From Candidatus Heimdallarchaeota archaeon (GTDB taxonomy: Archaea; Asgardarchaeota; Heimdallarchaeia; Hodarchaeales; Hodarchaeaceae), in contig CP070695.1 of NCBI GenBank assembly GCA_020353515.1, forward strand, positions 666,843 through 730,842: DNA of 64,000 nucleotides, read 5' to 3'. Positions 1-9,169 of the stretch are shown here, in pieces (the first letter of the stretch is position 1; each line of letters begins with the position of its first letter). The notes under the pieces are model-generated. The model had not been told where the DNA came from. It saw only the letters and a list, made by a program, of their open reading frames with translations, and ran no database searches. Both the position numbers and the translations under genes were made by a program.

Positions 1-102
1 TTTTACACAATTCCTTGGATTTCTGAGTTATATGAATTCTCAGATCAAGGTATTTATTATTTAGAATTACCACATTCCGAAGTAAATGAAACGTTTCAAG
101 AT

Positions 103-1071
103 TTGAGTCAAAGATTCCAAGATTTCACTGAAAAAGAGGAGTTTGGAAGAAGTAACGATGGTACGGAAGCATCTCCCATTGCTTTGTTCATAACTGATCT
201 TGAATCAGGATCAACCATGTATTATTACTTCTTTGGAAAAGCAGAGGACGAAATGAAAAATCCAGTACTCATAACAGCAGCGTTAACTAGCATTGCTCAT
301 ATGGTATCAGAAACTGCAGGACGAAGAGGCGATTTACGCTATATCGATAATGGAAATATGAAAATTGTACAAAGGAAAGGAAAAAAAGTAATTGGGATTC
401 TCTATAGTCCAGTTATGAACGATACTCTTACAGATTTACTGTTTAGGGTTATTGAACGGTTCGAAAAAGATTTCAAAGAAGCTATTATTGATTTTTCTAA
501 GACAGGAAGTACTGGAGGATTTAGAGGGGTTACCAAAGTTGTAGAAGAAATCTTTGAACCCTTCGTTTTTGATATTGATACAGTAAATGAACAGTTACGT
601 CAGAATATACTAACTTATGGAGCTGAAATCAATCTTCTGCGAGGAGATCCTGAAAGGCTATTCCATAATTATGTGCAGGAGAATTATTCTGATCCAAAAA
701 TCAAAGATTTGTTATTATACGAATTTACAACCTCCCACAATTCTAGACACGAGTATTTACTAGAATTAGGAATAAATCCAAGGCCTGAACGCCAAAAATT
801 AGAAGAAGAAACAGGGAGAAAGATTTGTACTTGTACAGCGCCACCTCAGTATATTCAAATCCAACCTTTTGACACTCTAGGAATACTAGATCTCCCAGAA
901 AAATTACGACCGACAATTAGAGCGTTGCTAACGTCTAAAGTGCTTTCTCCTGAATCATCAACAGAAATAACAAAACGTGGTCAGGATTTAGAACTTGAAT
1001 GCTTAGAAGAATTACGAAAACGAGGATATGTTAAACGAGTCTCCCCTACCAATTCTGAATTACATATCTGA
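103..1071 (+). CDS. Longin-domain protein with probable C-terminal winged helix
   Basis: N-terminal pattern typical of Asgard longins (LFITDLESGSTMYY...LITAALTSIAHMVSE...LRYIDNG...RFEKDF); C-terminal LEELRKRGYVKR resembles a wHTH recognition helix and wing. Confidence 0.6.
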   Translation: MSQRFQDFTEKEEFGRSNDGTEASPIALFITDLESGSTMYYYFFGKAEDEMKNPVLITAALTSIAHMVSETAGRRGDLRYIDNGNMKIVQRKGKKVIGILYSPVMNDTLTDLLFRVIERFEKDFKEAIIDFSKTGSTGGFRGVTKVVEEIFEPFVFDIDTVNEQLRQNILTYGAEINLLRGDPERLFHNYVQENYSDPKIKDLLLYEFTTSHNSRHEYLLELGINPRPERQKLEEETGRKICTCTAPPQYIQIQPFDTLGILDLPEKLRPTIRALLTSKVLSPESSTEITKRGQDLELECLEELRKRGYVKRVSPTNSELHI

Positions 1072-1384
1072 ATTGATAGGTTAATGTCAAGTCTATCTGC
1101 GAAAAACAAACACATTTAATATCGAATGAATCATTAGAGGAATAAATTACTTGTCCTCACTAATCAAATGATATTTATGTGTTAACAGAAAACTGATTTA
1201 AAACGAATAAAACTTTGATAAAAACAAAAACTACTAGAAAAAAGGTGTTCTCAGCTAGATTAAAGCTGGGAATTAGAAAATTTGGTCATTCGGAATAAGT
1301 ATAATACACTAATTTGTGTACAATCAGTTTAAAACATTTAATAAAAATGAAATCAACCAAAAATGGATAAAAAAGGTGAAATAG

Positions 1385-1924
1385 TTGAGTAATGAGGATC
1401 ATCGCTTATGGAAAATTGTATTACTTGGAGACGGAGCTGTTGGAAAAACCTCCCTTCGGAAGACCTACTTAGGTGAGGGGTTCGAAACAGATTATTTAAG
1501 TACAATGGGAGCAGATTTTGCCCTTTATGATACAACAATAAAAAATACACATATTCGCTGGCAAATTTGGGATCTTGCAGGACAACCTGTTTTCAAGGAT
1601 GTTGTTAGAGCTTATTATACGAAAGTTTTTGGCGGAATCTTAGTCTATGATATCACACGTAGACAAACCTTTGAAAATGTAGAAAAGTGGTTAAACGACA
1701 TCTTAAGTAATTCTAAACGTGATAAGGATGTTCCCGTGGTACTTCTAGCAAATAAAACCGATTTACGTGAAGAAGGAACAGAAACTGTATCCACAAATGA
1801 AGGTAAAGAATTAGCTGACCGTCTAGGACTAAGTTTCATAGAAACTAGTGCCAAGACTGGTGATGGAGTTCAAGCCGCGTTTGACCAATTAGGAAAAGAA
1901 ATTTTAGAGTTTACTTCTAGTTAA
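1385..1924 (+). CDS. Rab-like small GTPase
   Basis: G1 GDGAVGKT, G2 Thr (STMG), G3 WDLAGQ, G4 NKTD, G5 ETSAK; no C-terminal Cys prenylation motif. Confidence 0.93.
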   Translation: MSNEDHRLWKIVLLGDGAVGKTSLRKTYLGEGFETDYLSTMGADFALYDTTIKNTHIRWQIWDLAGQPVFKDVVRAYYTKVFGGILVYDITRRQTFENVEKWLNDILSNSKRDKDVPVVLLANKTDLREEGTETVSTNEGKELADRLGLSFIETSAKTGDGVQAAFDQLGKEILEFTSS

Positions 1925-1984
1925 ATTTTCCTTTCCACTTTTATATTTCACCGAAAAGACCTTCAGGGGGATATGAGGACAAAA

Positions 1985-2452
1985 TTATTTGTGAGAGTCC
2001 AATAATTCGAAAGGACGATCTTTAGGACGGAAAAGAACGGTCCGTGAACTTTCCTTTGATGGACTTGGAAATTTTTCAAGAATTCCCATCTTTTCAAGCT
2101 TATTAAGATGATAACTGGTCGTACTTCGACTCCGACCCATTCGCTCCGCTACTTCTGAAGCAGTCATACCTTTTTCTGGTTCCTGAGCCTCAGCCAATGT
2201 TTGGTATGTACGTTTCAAGTGATCATCTAGATTATCAAAATCAGTCTGCTCTCTATTTTCTACAGCGGATTTAAGAATACTAGATCTAGTTGAGATCGAA
2301 AGATTTCTGTCTATATAGCCCTCAAGTTGTGAAATTCGATGATCTAGGTTATCAAAGTGAGTTCTCAATTCTGTAACACTTAATAAAATCTCATCTAGTT
2401 TGTCTTGTGAGGATTTCTTCTTTTCACTATTTTGTGATACCAATAATACCAC
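1985..2452 (-). CDS. Winged-helix (ArsR/TrmB-like) transcriptional regulator with N-terminal coiled coil
   Basis: MTASEVAERMGRSRSTTSYHLNKLEKMGILEK HTH; heptad-like N-terminal segment. Confidence 0.8.
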   Translation of the reverse strand: MVLLVSQNSEKKKSSQDKLDEILLSVTELRTHFDNLDHRISQLEGYIDRNLSISTRSSILKSAVENREQTDFDNLDDHLKRTYQTLAEAQEPEKGMTASEVAERMGRSRSTTSYHLNKLEKMGILEKFPSPSKESSRTVLFRPKDRPFELLDSHK

Positions 2453-2904
2453 ACTCTTGGGCTATGTTTAATCTTCACCCGCTGTTTTTAAAGTTTAACT
2501 TACCAGAACTTTAGTTCCAAACATACACTCCTCAAATGTATCCTCATCTAAAATCAATCTGATTCTCAATAAACTAGCTAGTTGAAACTGCAATTTTTAT
2601 ATCCAAAATGGTTGTTTTTATCGATATTTAGGGAATTAATAGTTAGAAAGCGAATAAATCTAAATGTTTTACTATTTGAAACTAAATAATATGCCAAACC
2701 ATGTTATTTTCCTTCCTCAGATTCCTCTATTAATTCAAAATAAAGAAAAAAAGGTTGTGATTGGATTTATAACAAAATCAACCAGAGTATCATTTGAAAT
2801 ACATTAACTTAAAAGCAAAAGGTTTTAAGTACAATCGCAATTTAGTGTATAGATCGTTATTATTTAGCCGTCCTAGACCAGGTTATTTAGGGATTCGATG
2901 AAAA

Positions 2905-3252
2905 ATGTCACATGAAGCAGGATATTTATCACAACAGGCTCTGGAAAAGGTAATAGAATCAGTTGGTAAACATAAAGGAGTATATGGTGCTGTATTGAGT
3001 GATACAGATGGATTACCACTCCAATCTAGTCTTCCTGAAGAGGATACAGAGAGAGTAGCTGCACATGTTGCCTCTTTGGTAGGAAAAGTAAGAAGTATTT
3101 CTAGAGAAATCTCACAAGAAGAAGCCAGAAGTGTCCGGTTAGAATTAGAAGTCGGAGATGTAGAAATAATCCCTGATTATAACTCCGAGATCATTATTGT
3201 AGCACTTGTGAAACGGGAGAGTAGTACCATGACATTAACATCAAAGAAATGA
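2905..3252 (+). CDS. Roadblock/LC7 domain protein
   Basis: GVYGAVLSDTDGLPLQS motif, 115 aa; paralogous to the next gene. Confidence 0.9.
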   Translation: MSHEAGYLSQQALEKVIESVGKHKGVYGAVLSDTDGLPLQSSLPEEDTERVAAHVASLVGKVRSISREISQEEARSVRLELEVGDVEIIPDYNSEIIIVALVKRESSTMTLTSKK

Positions 3253-3270
3253 AGAGGAAGATGAAAAAAA

Positions 3271-3588
3271 ATGTCTGATGATGAATATGTTATTCCTTCA
3301 GTATTACAAAATACAATCAAGAGATTGGCAGCTCGGCGCGGAGTCAAAGGTATATTAGTTTGTGATGAAGATGGTCTCCCTCTACAAAGTAATCTACCAC
3401 AGTCAGATGCGGAGAGAGTATCTGCTCATGTAGCTTCATTAGTAAAAAAGGTTCGAAGTGTTTCAGATGCTCTTGATCATGGACGATTGCAGAGTGTTTA
3501 TGTTGAAATGCCGAAATCGGAAATAATTATCACACCTGATGAAGCAGCGGGGTTCACTATAGTAGTTTTGAAAGATCGGTCAGGGTAA
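3271..3588 (+). CDS. Roadblock/LC7 domain protein
   Basis: GVKGILVCDEDGLPLQS...AERVSAHVASLV, nearly the same motif as the upstream paralogue. Confidence 0.9.
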   Translation: MSDDEYVIPSVLQNTIKRLAARRGVKGILVCDEDGLPLQSNLPQSDAERVSAHVASLVKKVRSVSDALDHGRLQSVYVEMPKSEIIITPDEAAGFTIVVLKDRSG

Positions 3589-3756
3589 TATCTTTTTCTA
3601 TATTTTCTAATCATTTTTAATACGTTGTTATATTTACACATTTCCCTATCAATTTTTGTTTAATATTATTGTTTAAATCGGGCCTGTATCGAAGATTTTT
3701 TATTTCATGTCTCATCAACTCCTATTAGAATTATTACTAATAGACCTGTATTATAG

Positions 3757-4722
3757 TTGATTTTCATGAGTTATGATAGTCCTAAAACAACTCCAAGGTT
3801 TTGTGGAAATTGCGGTCAGAAGTTACTTGAGGGAGCTACATTTTGTGCCTATTGTGGGACTCAAGTACCAGCGATTGATTCAACAGGTATTCCAAGTTCG
3901 AGACCATCAACTCCATCTACTTCAATACCTCCAACTGTAACAGATAGAGGAGTTCAAGCCTATCAAGCCTCTTATAGACCAGATAGAATGATAACTGAAC
4001 CTCCACTTCCATTTACTCAGCATTTTCAAGGAGTTTTAATATCACCTCAGTTAGAAATGCCACGAATTGCCAAGCGACCGAATCTTAAGCAACCTTTTCT
4101 TGTGGTTCTGATTGTAGGGATTATCGCGGGAATCTCTTCATTTCTACTTTTTTCAAAAGTTACATTTTCACCTCAATTTGCAGAAGATTTCATTCAAAGT
4201 ATGGGTTACTCCTCTGATCTAATAGAGGGTTTTGATATAGAGTCTCTTATGCAAACCTCTCTAATGATGGGAGCTTTTGTATCCCCTCTCGGATATATTA
4301 TCAATTGGATCATTATTAACAGTATTGTACTTTGGATTCTCCATGCAATATTCTCGTCTCAAGTACCGTCTCAAGAGAGAAACTTCAAGATTATGGCAAC
4401 GATTGCAGGCTGGTCTTTCCTTCCACTAGTATTTGACGAATTAATTTATCTATTATTCGTAATTCTCTTTGTACCAGCCACCACTGTTAACTCTTTTGCT
4501 GAACTCACAGCTCTCGAAACATTTGGGTCAGTAGGTGGAATGGGGATTTTTCTTTTATTTATAAGTCTGATATTTCAGATTTGGAGTGCTATACTGGTGT
4601 ATTTCGCTTCTAAGTCAATTGATGCCAAGGGTTATCATGCAGCAATTATTGCAGTTCTTTATGCGATTGTTCCTTATGTTATATCTTACTTGTTTTCTTT
4701 CGTTAATCCACTCGGATTTTAG
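3757..4722 (+). CDS. Zinc-ribbon + Yip1-domain membrane protein
   Basis: CGNCG...FCAYCG zinc ribbon, Pro/Ser linker, then about 5 hydrophobic helices with Yip1-like layout (GVLISP...; F..MATIAGWSFLP). Confidence 0.75.
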   Translation: MIFMSYDSPKTTPRFCGNCGQKLLEGATFCAYCGTQVPAIDSTGIPSSRPSTPSTSIPPTVTDRGVQAYQASYRPDRMITEPPLPFTQHFQGVLISPQLEMPRIAKRPNLKQPFLVVLIVGIIAGISSFLLFSKVTFSPQFAEDFIQSMGYSSDLIEGFDIESLMQTSLMMGAFVSPLGYIINWIIINSIVLWILHAIFSSQVPSQERNFKIMATIAGWSFLPLVFDELIYLLFVILFVPATTVNSFAELTALETFGSVGGMGIFLLFISLIFQIWSAILVYFASKSIDAKGYHAAIIAVLYAIVPYVISYLFSFVNPLGF

Positions 4723-4794
4723 TAAACAAAAAAAACAGAAATTTCTAAGAGACAATTTTCAAGTTAATTCTTTCTGTCCTTAGGAATTTCACTT

Positions 4795-5505
4795 TCAAAC
4801 AATTCTTCGTGATTGGTAATGAACTGACATACAAAGCCATATCATGTCACCTATTCTATCAAATGTTTTGATTTCAAAAAAAGGTGACTCTATAAATGAA
4901 GAAAATGGTATTAATAGATTAAATAGGGGTATTCCTTGACCACAAATTACTGGGGCAAGAGCTAACTGGATTTCATGAAGGAGCTGTAGATTAATTAATT
5001 CACCATTCAAACGACTTCCTCCTTCTACCATTAGCTTCTCAACTTCGAAGTCTGTTTTAAGTTTGAATAGAAGTTGGTGTAAATCTGTTAAGGGCCCCTT
5101 TCCACATTCAATGACCTGACATCCCCTTTTTTCTAGTTTTGATCTTTGATTCAGCGAACATTGAGACGTAGTAGCAATAATGGTCAGAATATCTGGTCTA
5201 TGGGTTATTACTCTTGACTTCAGAGGAATTTTACCATCTGAGCTTACAACAACTCGTATAGGATGCTTATCAATTTCTGTGTCAATCAAGCTTTCATTAA
5301 CAGTCAATTTTGAATCATCAGCTTTAATAGTTCCACTTCCAACCATAATAGCGTCAGAGTCGGCTCTTAATCGATGAACTCGTTTCCAATCATCAGAGTT
5401 GGACAATTGGGTATCCCCCTCGTTTGTAGCAATTTTTCCATCAAGGCTAATTGCTGCCGATAGAAATACAAAAGGACGGGTTTTGGAAGGTTTAGGCAAG
5501 TTCAT
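4795..5505 (-). CDS. arfC: RibD C-terminal-type pyrimidine reductase (2,5-diamino-6-ribosylamino-4(3H)-pyrimidinone 5'-phosphate reductase)
   Basis: RPFV..SAAISLDGKIA, VHRLRA..DAIMVG.GT, LMVEGG motifs; no deaminase domain; start placed at ATG 5505 (ORF track extends to 5523). Confidence 0.8.
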   Translation of the reverse strand: MNLPKPSKTRPFVFLSAAISLDGKIATNEGDTQLSNSDDWKRVHRLRADSDAIMVGSGTIKADDSKLTVNESLIDTEIDKHPIRVVVSSDGKIPLKSRVITHRPDILTIIATTSQCSLNQRSKLEKRGCQVIECGKGPLTDLHQLLFKLKTDFEVEKLMVEGGSRLNGELINLQLLHEIQLALAPVICGQGIPLFNLLIPFSSFIESPFFEIKTFDRIGDMIWLCMSVHYQSRRIV

Positions 5506-6652
5506 TAGAAATAACTTCTCCATGGAAGAGATTAAGAGATATATCCTCTGGAAATTGACATCTGAAGAGTAAATTCAGAATAGGATCGTTTCCAAACGCA
5601 GTTCTGGTGCTTTGAAGATTAACTACTAAAAGATCAGCCCAATAATTTTCTTTGATGCACCCTGTAGATAGTTTTAATGCTTTTGAAGGATTGATTGTAA
5701 TAAATTTTAGCGCATTTGAAGGATTAAATGGAATATTTTGTTCTTTCAATCGTAAAATGAGCCATCGCAATTCTTCTAAGATGTTTGGGGAATTTGACAT
5801 AACATTATCTGTTCCTAGCCCAATTAAATGCGCTTTATTTAGAAAATAATCAATCGGGGGGAATCCTAATCCATAATAGGCGTTGGAACGTGGGCAAAAT
5901 ACAATGAATTTGGAGGTGGGGATTTCTTGGAGTTCATTTTCTTTAAGCTTCGTTAAATGGATAAGAATATCAGGATTTAAGTGATTTAAAGAGACCTGCA
6001 AATCTGAAAGCCCAAAACGTTTTAGGGATTCTTTGATCACCGAAATTTCTTCCCCGATATGCGTTGCTACCAAAACATGTGGAGAAGAAGTTTGATTTCG
6101 AATTGCTTCCATTTCTTTTTGAGAGTAGAGTAGTGGTGTTGCTAATCCCAATCCGTCACATTGAGAAAGTAATGTAGTCAAATTAGCTTCCAAATCTTGT
6201 CGTCCGAGGATATGAAGGTCAATTGGTAAATTTTCTACGGCTTCTCGAAGGACTTTAATTCCTTTTAAACCATTCTCTCTAAAATCGAAACATACCGCAG
6301 TTCCACTCTCAATCATTTCTATTATAGCAGATCTCATTGCAGCTACTCGGCTGACTCTAGGATATTGCTGAATTTGATATTTATGACCTTGAATCCCGAC
6401 AGCTTCATTTAAAGAGAGACCAAAAGCTTGGTTTTTTAAAATAGAGTCACCAAGGTGAGTGTGAGAATTGATAAACTTCGGGAGAAGCAGATGATGTGGA
6501 AATGAATACTCTCCAGGGGCTTCAGAATGGGATGAATTGCTTTTAATATTAGATATTCTACCTTGTTCAATCGTAACCTTTACATTTTGTTTTAGAATTA
6601 AATCGTCTCCGATTAATGCATATTTGCAGAATATATTGTGAGGAATTGCCAT
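5492..6652 (-). CDS. Metal-dependent amidohydrolase (deaminase-like)
   Basis: FINSHTHLGD (HxH), THIGE, IH, CPRSN, LGTDN, ADLLV motifs; overlaps the reductase gene. Confidence 0.85.
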   Translation of the reverse strand: MAIPHNIFCKYALIGDDLILKQNVKVTIEQGRISNIKSNSSHSEAPGEYSFPHHLLLPKFINSHTHLGDSILKNQAFGLSLNEAVGIQGHKYQIQQYPRVSRVAAMRSAIIEMIESGTAVCFDFRENGLKGIKVLREAVENLPIDLHILGRQDLEANLTTLLSQCDGLGLATPLLYSQKEMEAIRNQTSSPHVLVATHIGEEISVIKESLKRFGLSDLQVSLNHLNPDILIHLTKLKENELQEIPTSKFIVFCPRSNAYYGLGFPPIDYFLNKAHLIGLGTDNVMSNSPNILEELRWLILRLKEQNIPFNPSNALKFITINPSKALKLSTGCIKENYWADLLVVNLQSTRTAFGNDPILNLLFRCQFPEDISLNLFHGEVISNELA

Positions 6653-7106
6653 AATAGAGACACATTTCCGAATAATTCAGAGATTCCTATTGAAATGTTA
6701 ATTTGATCTAGCTTTTAATTTCAAATCATAACTATAAATAATGGATCAATATCATCTAAAATCCATTTCTTTCTAGAATGAAATAGAAAACAAAAGCTTG
6801 AAAAATTTACACATCAGGAATATAAAACAATACAGACATCAGAAATTGAAAATACAAGCTTTCAAATGATATTAGGAGGAAGAACTATTTTAATATTTAA
6901 TCTCTGAAAAAAGAAGGATTAGTAATATATATCCATAGATAACAATGAAACTATGGTTGAATCAAACTTTTTCCATACTTTAAACGTGGAATAAATACCA
7001 TAAAGATGTGTGTTATATTAGGAAAAAATAATGAAATCATGTATAAAATTACAAAAATCGTTATAAATCATAACATTTTTATAGCCCCTCAAGAAAAAAA
7101 ATTATC

Positions 7107-7206
7107 TGCCAACTATTTTCACTTGTTGGCAATAGATCACCGAAATTACGTCGGTGTGATACAGTCTGGCTGTATCGGAAAATGAACCCGCATAGGGCGA
7201 TTTTCC
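7107..7206 (+). ncRNA. Candidate structured RNA leader (four adjacent hairpins)
   Basis: Stems tgccaac/gttggca (7107-7131), caccga/tcggtg (7138-7156), gatacag/ctgtatc (7158-7176), ggaaaat/attttcc (7177-7206); TATA-like tttata about 25 nt upstream. Confidence 0.55.
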
Positions 7207-7235
7207 ACTCCAATAAAAGACAAGGAGGTTAATAA

Positions 7236-7448
7236 ATGACAATAGAAATCGAAGAGAATGTAGATCTCCAACATCGGGCTGAATTAGAGCTTTTATGCCC
7301 TTGGTGTCATACTCACACAATTACAACTATTGTAAATCATGGAACACTTCGTTTGAAGTGTAATGAATGTGGTATGGACGCTTTTGTAACCCGAATCCCC
7401 CGTAATAAAAAATTATCCGATTACGTCTCACGAAGATTAATCGCGTAA
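7236..7448 (+). CDS. Small zinc-ribbon protein (Elf1-like spacing)
   Basis: CPWC-x17-CNECG; strong SD ggaggt immediately upstream. Confidence 0.7.
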   Translation: MTIEIEENVDLQHRAELELLCPWCHTHTITTIVNHGTLRLKCNECGMDAFVTRIPRNKKLSDYVSRRLIA

Positions 7449-7503
7449 GATTTTGGGTTTAACCCATGGGAGGAATCGAAATTCTCAAGTTATATAATTG
7501 TGT

Positions 7504-7706
7504 ATGCTCTCTACTTCTCGCTCTGGTCCCTTAAATGATTAATGAGATGGAAGTTGATGATTGAAGCTTTCGTCTCATAATTGAAATTCTACTCTATTGC
7601 TAAATTCAAACCGTGGATTTTGATTGAACTTCAGTATTCAATATCAAGGGATCAACAATCTTTATGATTCAGTCTTCGGATCAAATAAAAGGAAGGAGAG
7701 AGTCAT
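7504..7706 (+). ncRNA. Candidate multibranch structured RNA / structured 3' region
   Basis: Nested stems ctctctacttc/gaaggagagag, tggtccctt/aagggatca, atgagatggaag/ctttcgtctcat, aaattca/tggattt, ttgaa/ttcaa, tgattc/ggatca; G-U pairs favour the + strand. Confidence 0.5.
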
Positions 7707-7738
7707 CAGATCAAGAGGATGAGCTTCAATATTTATTC

Positions 7739-9055
7739 TCAAGCTCTGTCTGGTTGTTTTTTTAGACCTAAGATATTAGCGTAGCCATCCATATCCATGA
7801 AACCATGCCCGCTAACATTAAAAACTATAGTTTTTTTCTCATTCTCTTTTTTACACTTTACTGCCTCATCTATTGCACAGGCAATACTATATGCCGATTC
7901 AGGTGCCGGTAGAAAGCCTTCTGCTTGCACAAACTCTCTAGCTCTTTCAAAAACATATTTTTCATCTTCAGGATAAGCCACTGTGTCAATGTAATTATGA
8001 TGCCTCAATAAACTTAAAATTGGTGCACAGCCATGATATCGAAGACCATCACCTCGGATTGGAACCATTGTTATCTGGTGACCCAAGGTATACATTTTTA
8101 ACATTGGAGTCATTTCAGCGTGGTCTGCAAAATCATACTTGTATTCTCCTTGTAGATTTGGAGCTGCTTTGCTTTGTGAAGCAATGAATTTAATTTCTGT
8201 CTTCTTTGTAAGAACATCATGCATAAAAGGAAGAGCAATACCCCCAAAGTTACTACCTCCTCCAAGACATGAAATTACAATATCTGGATATTCACCAGCA
8301 AGTTCCATTTGAGTTTTTGTTTCAAGTCCAATAATGGATTGATGTAACATAACATGATTTAATACAGACCCAAGGCAATATACTGCGTTTGGGTCTTTCT
8401 TAGCATCTTCTAGCCCTTCAGAAATTGCAATTCCTAATGAACCATTATGATTGGGATCTTCTTTGTATAATTTCTTACCAAATTCTGTTCTGTTGCTAGG
8501 TGATGCATATACATCTGCGCCGTACATCTGCATAAATTTTAATCGTTGTTCTTTCCAACGATAGACAGCTCTAACCCAAAAAATCGTACAATCTAGATCA
8601 TTCAAGCTTGCGGCGTATGCAAGTGCGTTACCCCATTGACCCGCTCCTGTTTCTGTCGTAAGTCGTTCAAATCCTTCTTGTTTTGCGTAATAAGCTTGAG
8701 CTAGGGCTGTGTTAACTTTATGACTGCCTGTTGGGCTATAAAACTCTGATTTATAGAATAATTTTGCAGGGGTTCCTAACTTATTTTCTAGATTTTTTGC
8801 TCTGAATAATGGTCTAGGTCTTCCTGCAGCTAAGAATAATTCACGAATTCCTTCAGGAATTGGAACCCATCGCTGATCTGACATCTCCTGCTTCAAACAT
8901 TCTTGTAAAAGCATATTGGGGAGATCATCAACTCTTGAATACCCTTCAGGGGGATCCTTAGGTGGTGGAAGCGGTTCAGGTAAATCTGGGATAATATTAT
9001 ACCACTTATCAGGTAATTCTTCAGCTTTGAGAATGATTTCTCTATTTGTATTCAT
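7739..9055 (-). CDS. trpB2: TrpB-like PLP enzyme (TrpB2)
   Basis: SPTGSHKVNTA (PLP Lys), TETGAGQWG, GGGSN, PAPES, FNVSGHG. Confidence 0.95.
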   Translation of the reverse strand: MNTNREIILKAEELPDKWYNIIPDLPEPLPPPKDPPEGYSRVDDLPNMLLQECLKQEMSDQRWVPIPEGIRELFLAAGRPRPLFRAKNLENKLGTPAKLFYKSEFYSPTGSHKVNTALAQAYYAKQEGFERLTTETGAGQWGNALAYAASLNDLDCTIFWVRAVYRWKEQRLKFMQMYGADVYASPSNRTEFGKKLYKEDPNHNGSLGIAISEGLEDAKKDPNAVYCLGSVLNHVMLHQSIIGLETKTQMELAGEYPDIVISCLGGGSNFGGIALPFMHDVLTKKTEIKFIASQSKAAPNLQGEYKYDFADHAEMTPMLKMYTLGHQITMVPIRGDGLRYHGCAPILSLLRHHNYIDTVAYPEDEKYVFERAREFVQAEGFLPAPESAYSIACAIDEAVKCKKENEKKTIVFNVSGHGFMDMDGYANILGLKKQPDRA

Positions 9056-9169
9056 GGTTTACACCTTTAGCTTCGATGAAGAGATGCGATAAACAATTTT
9101 TTATGCTTTCTGTGATCTATTAAAGAATTCTGGCGTTCAATTCAGGATTTTTTTCATTAATCAATAGAA

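Noticed and set aside
2572-2583. Palindrome aactagctagtt as operator
   Set aside because: Single occurrence with no spacer or second copy; could be chance
7177-7206. SECIS element (AUGA...GA core)
   Set aside because: The upper stem is only 3 bp, and no neighbouring ORF has an in-frame UGA to recode
7560-7712. Hammerhead ribozyme (minus-strand CUGAUGA and CGAAA)
   Set aside because: The core segments are not joined by the required stems; G-U pairing favours the + strand
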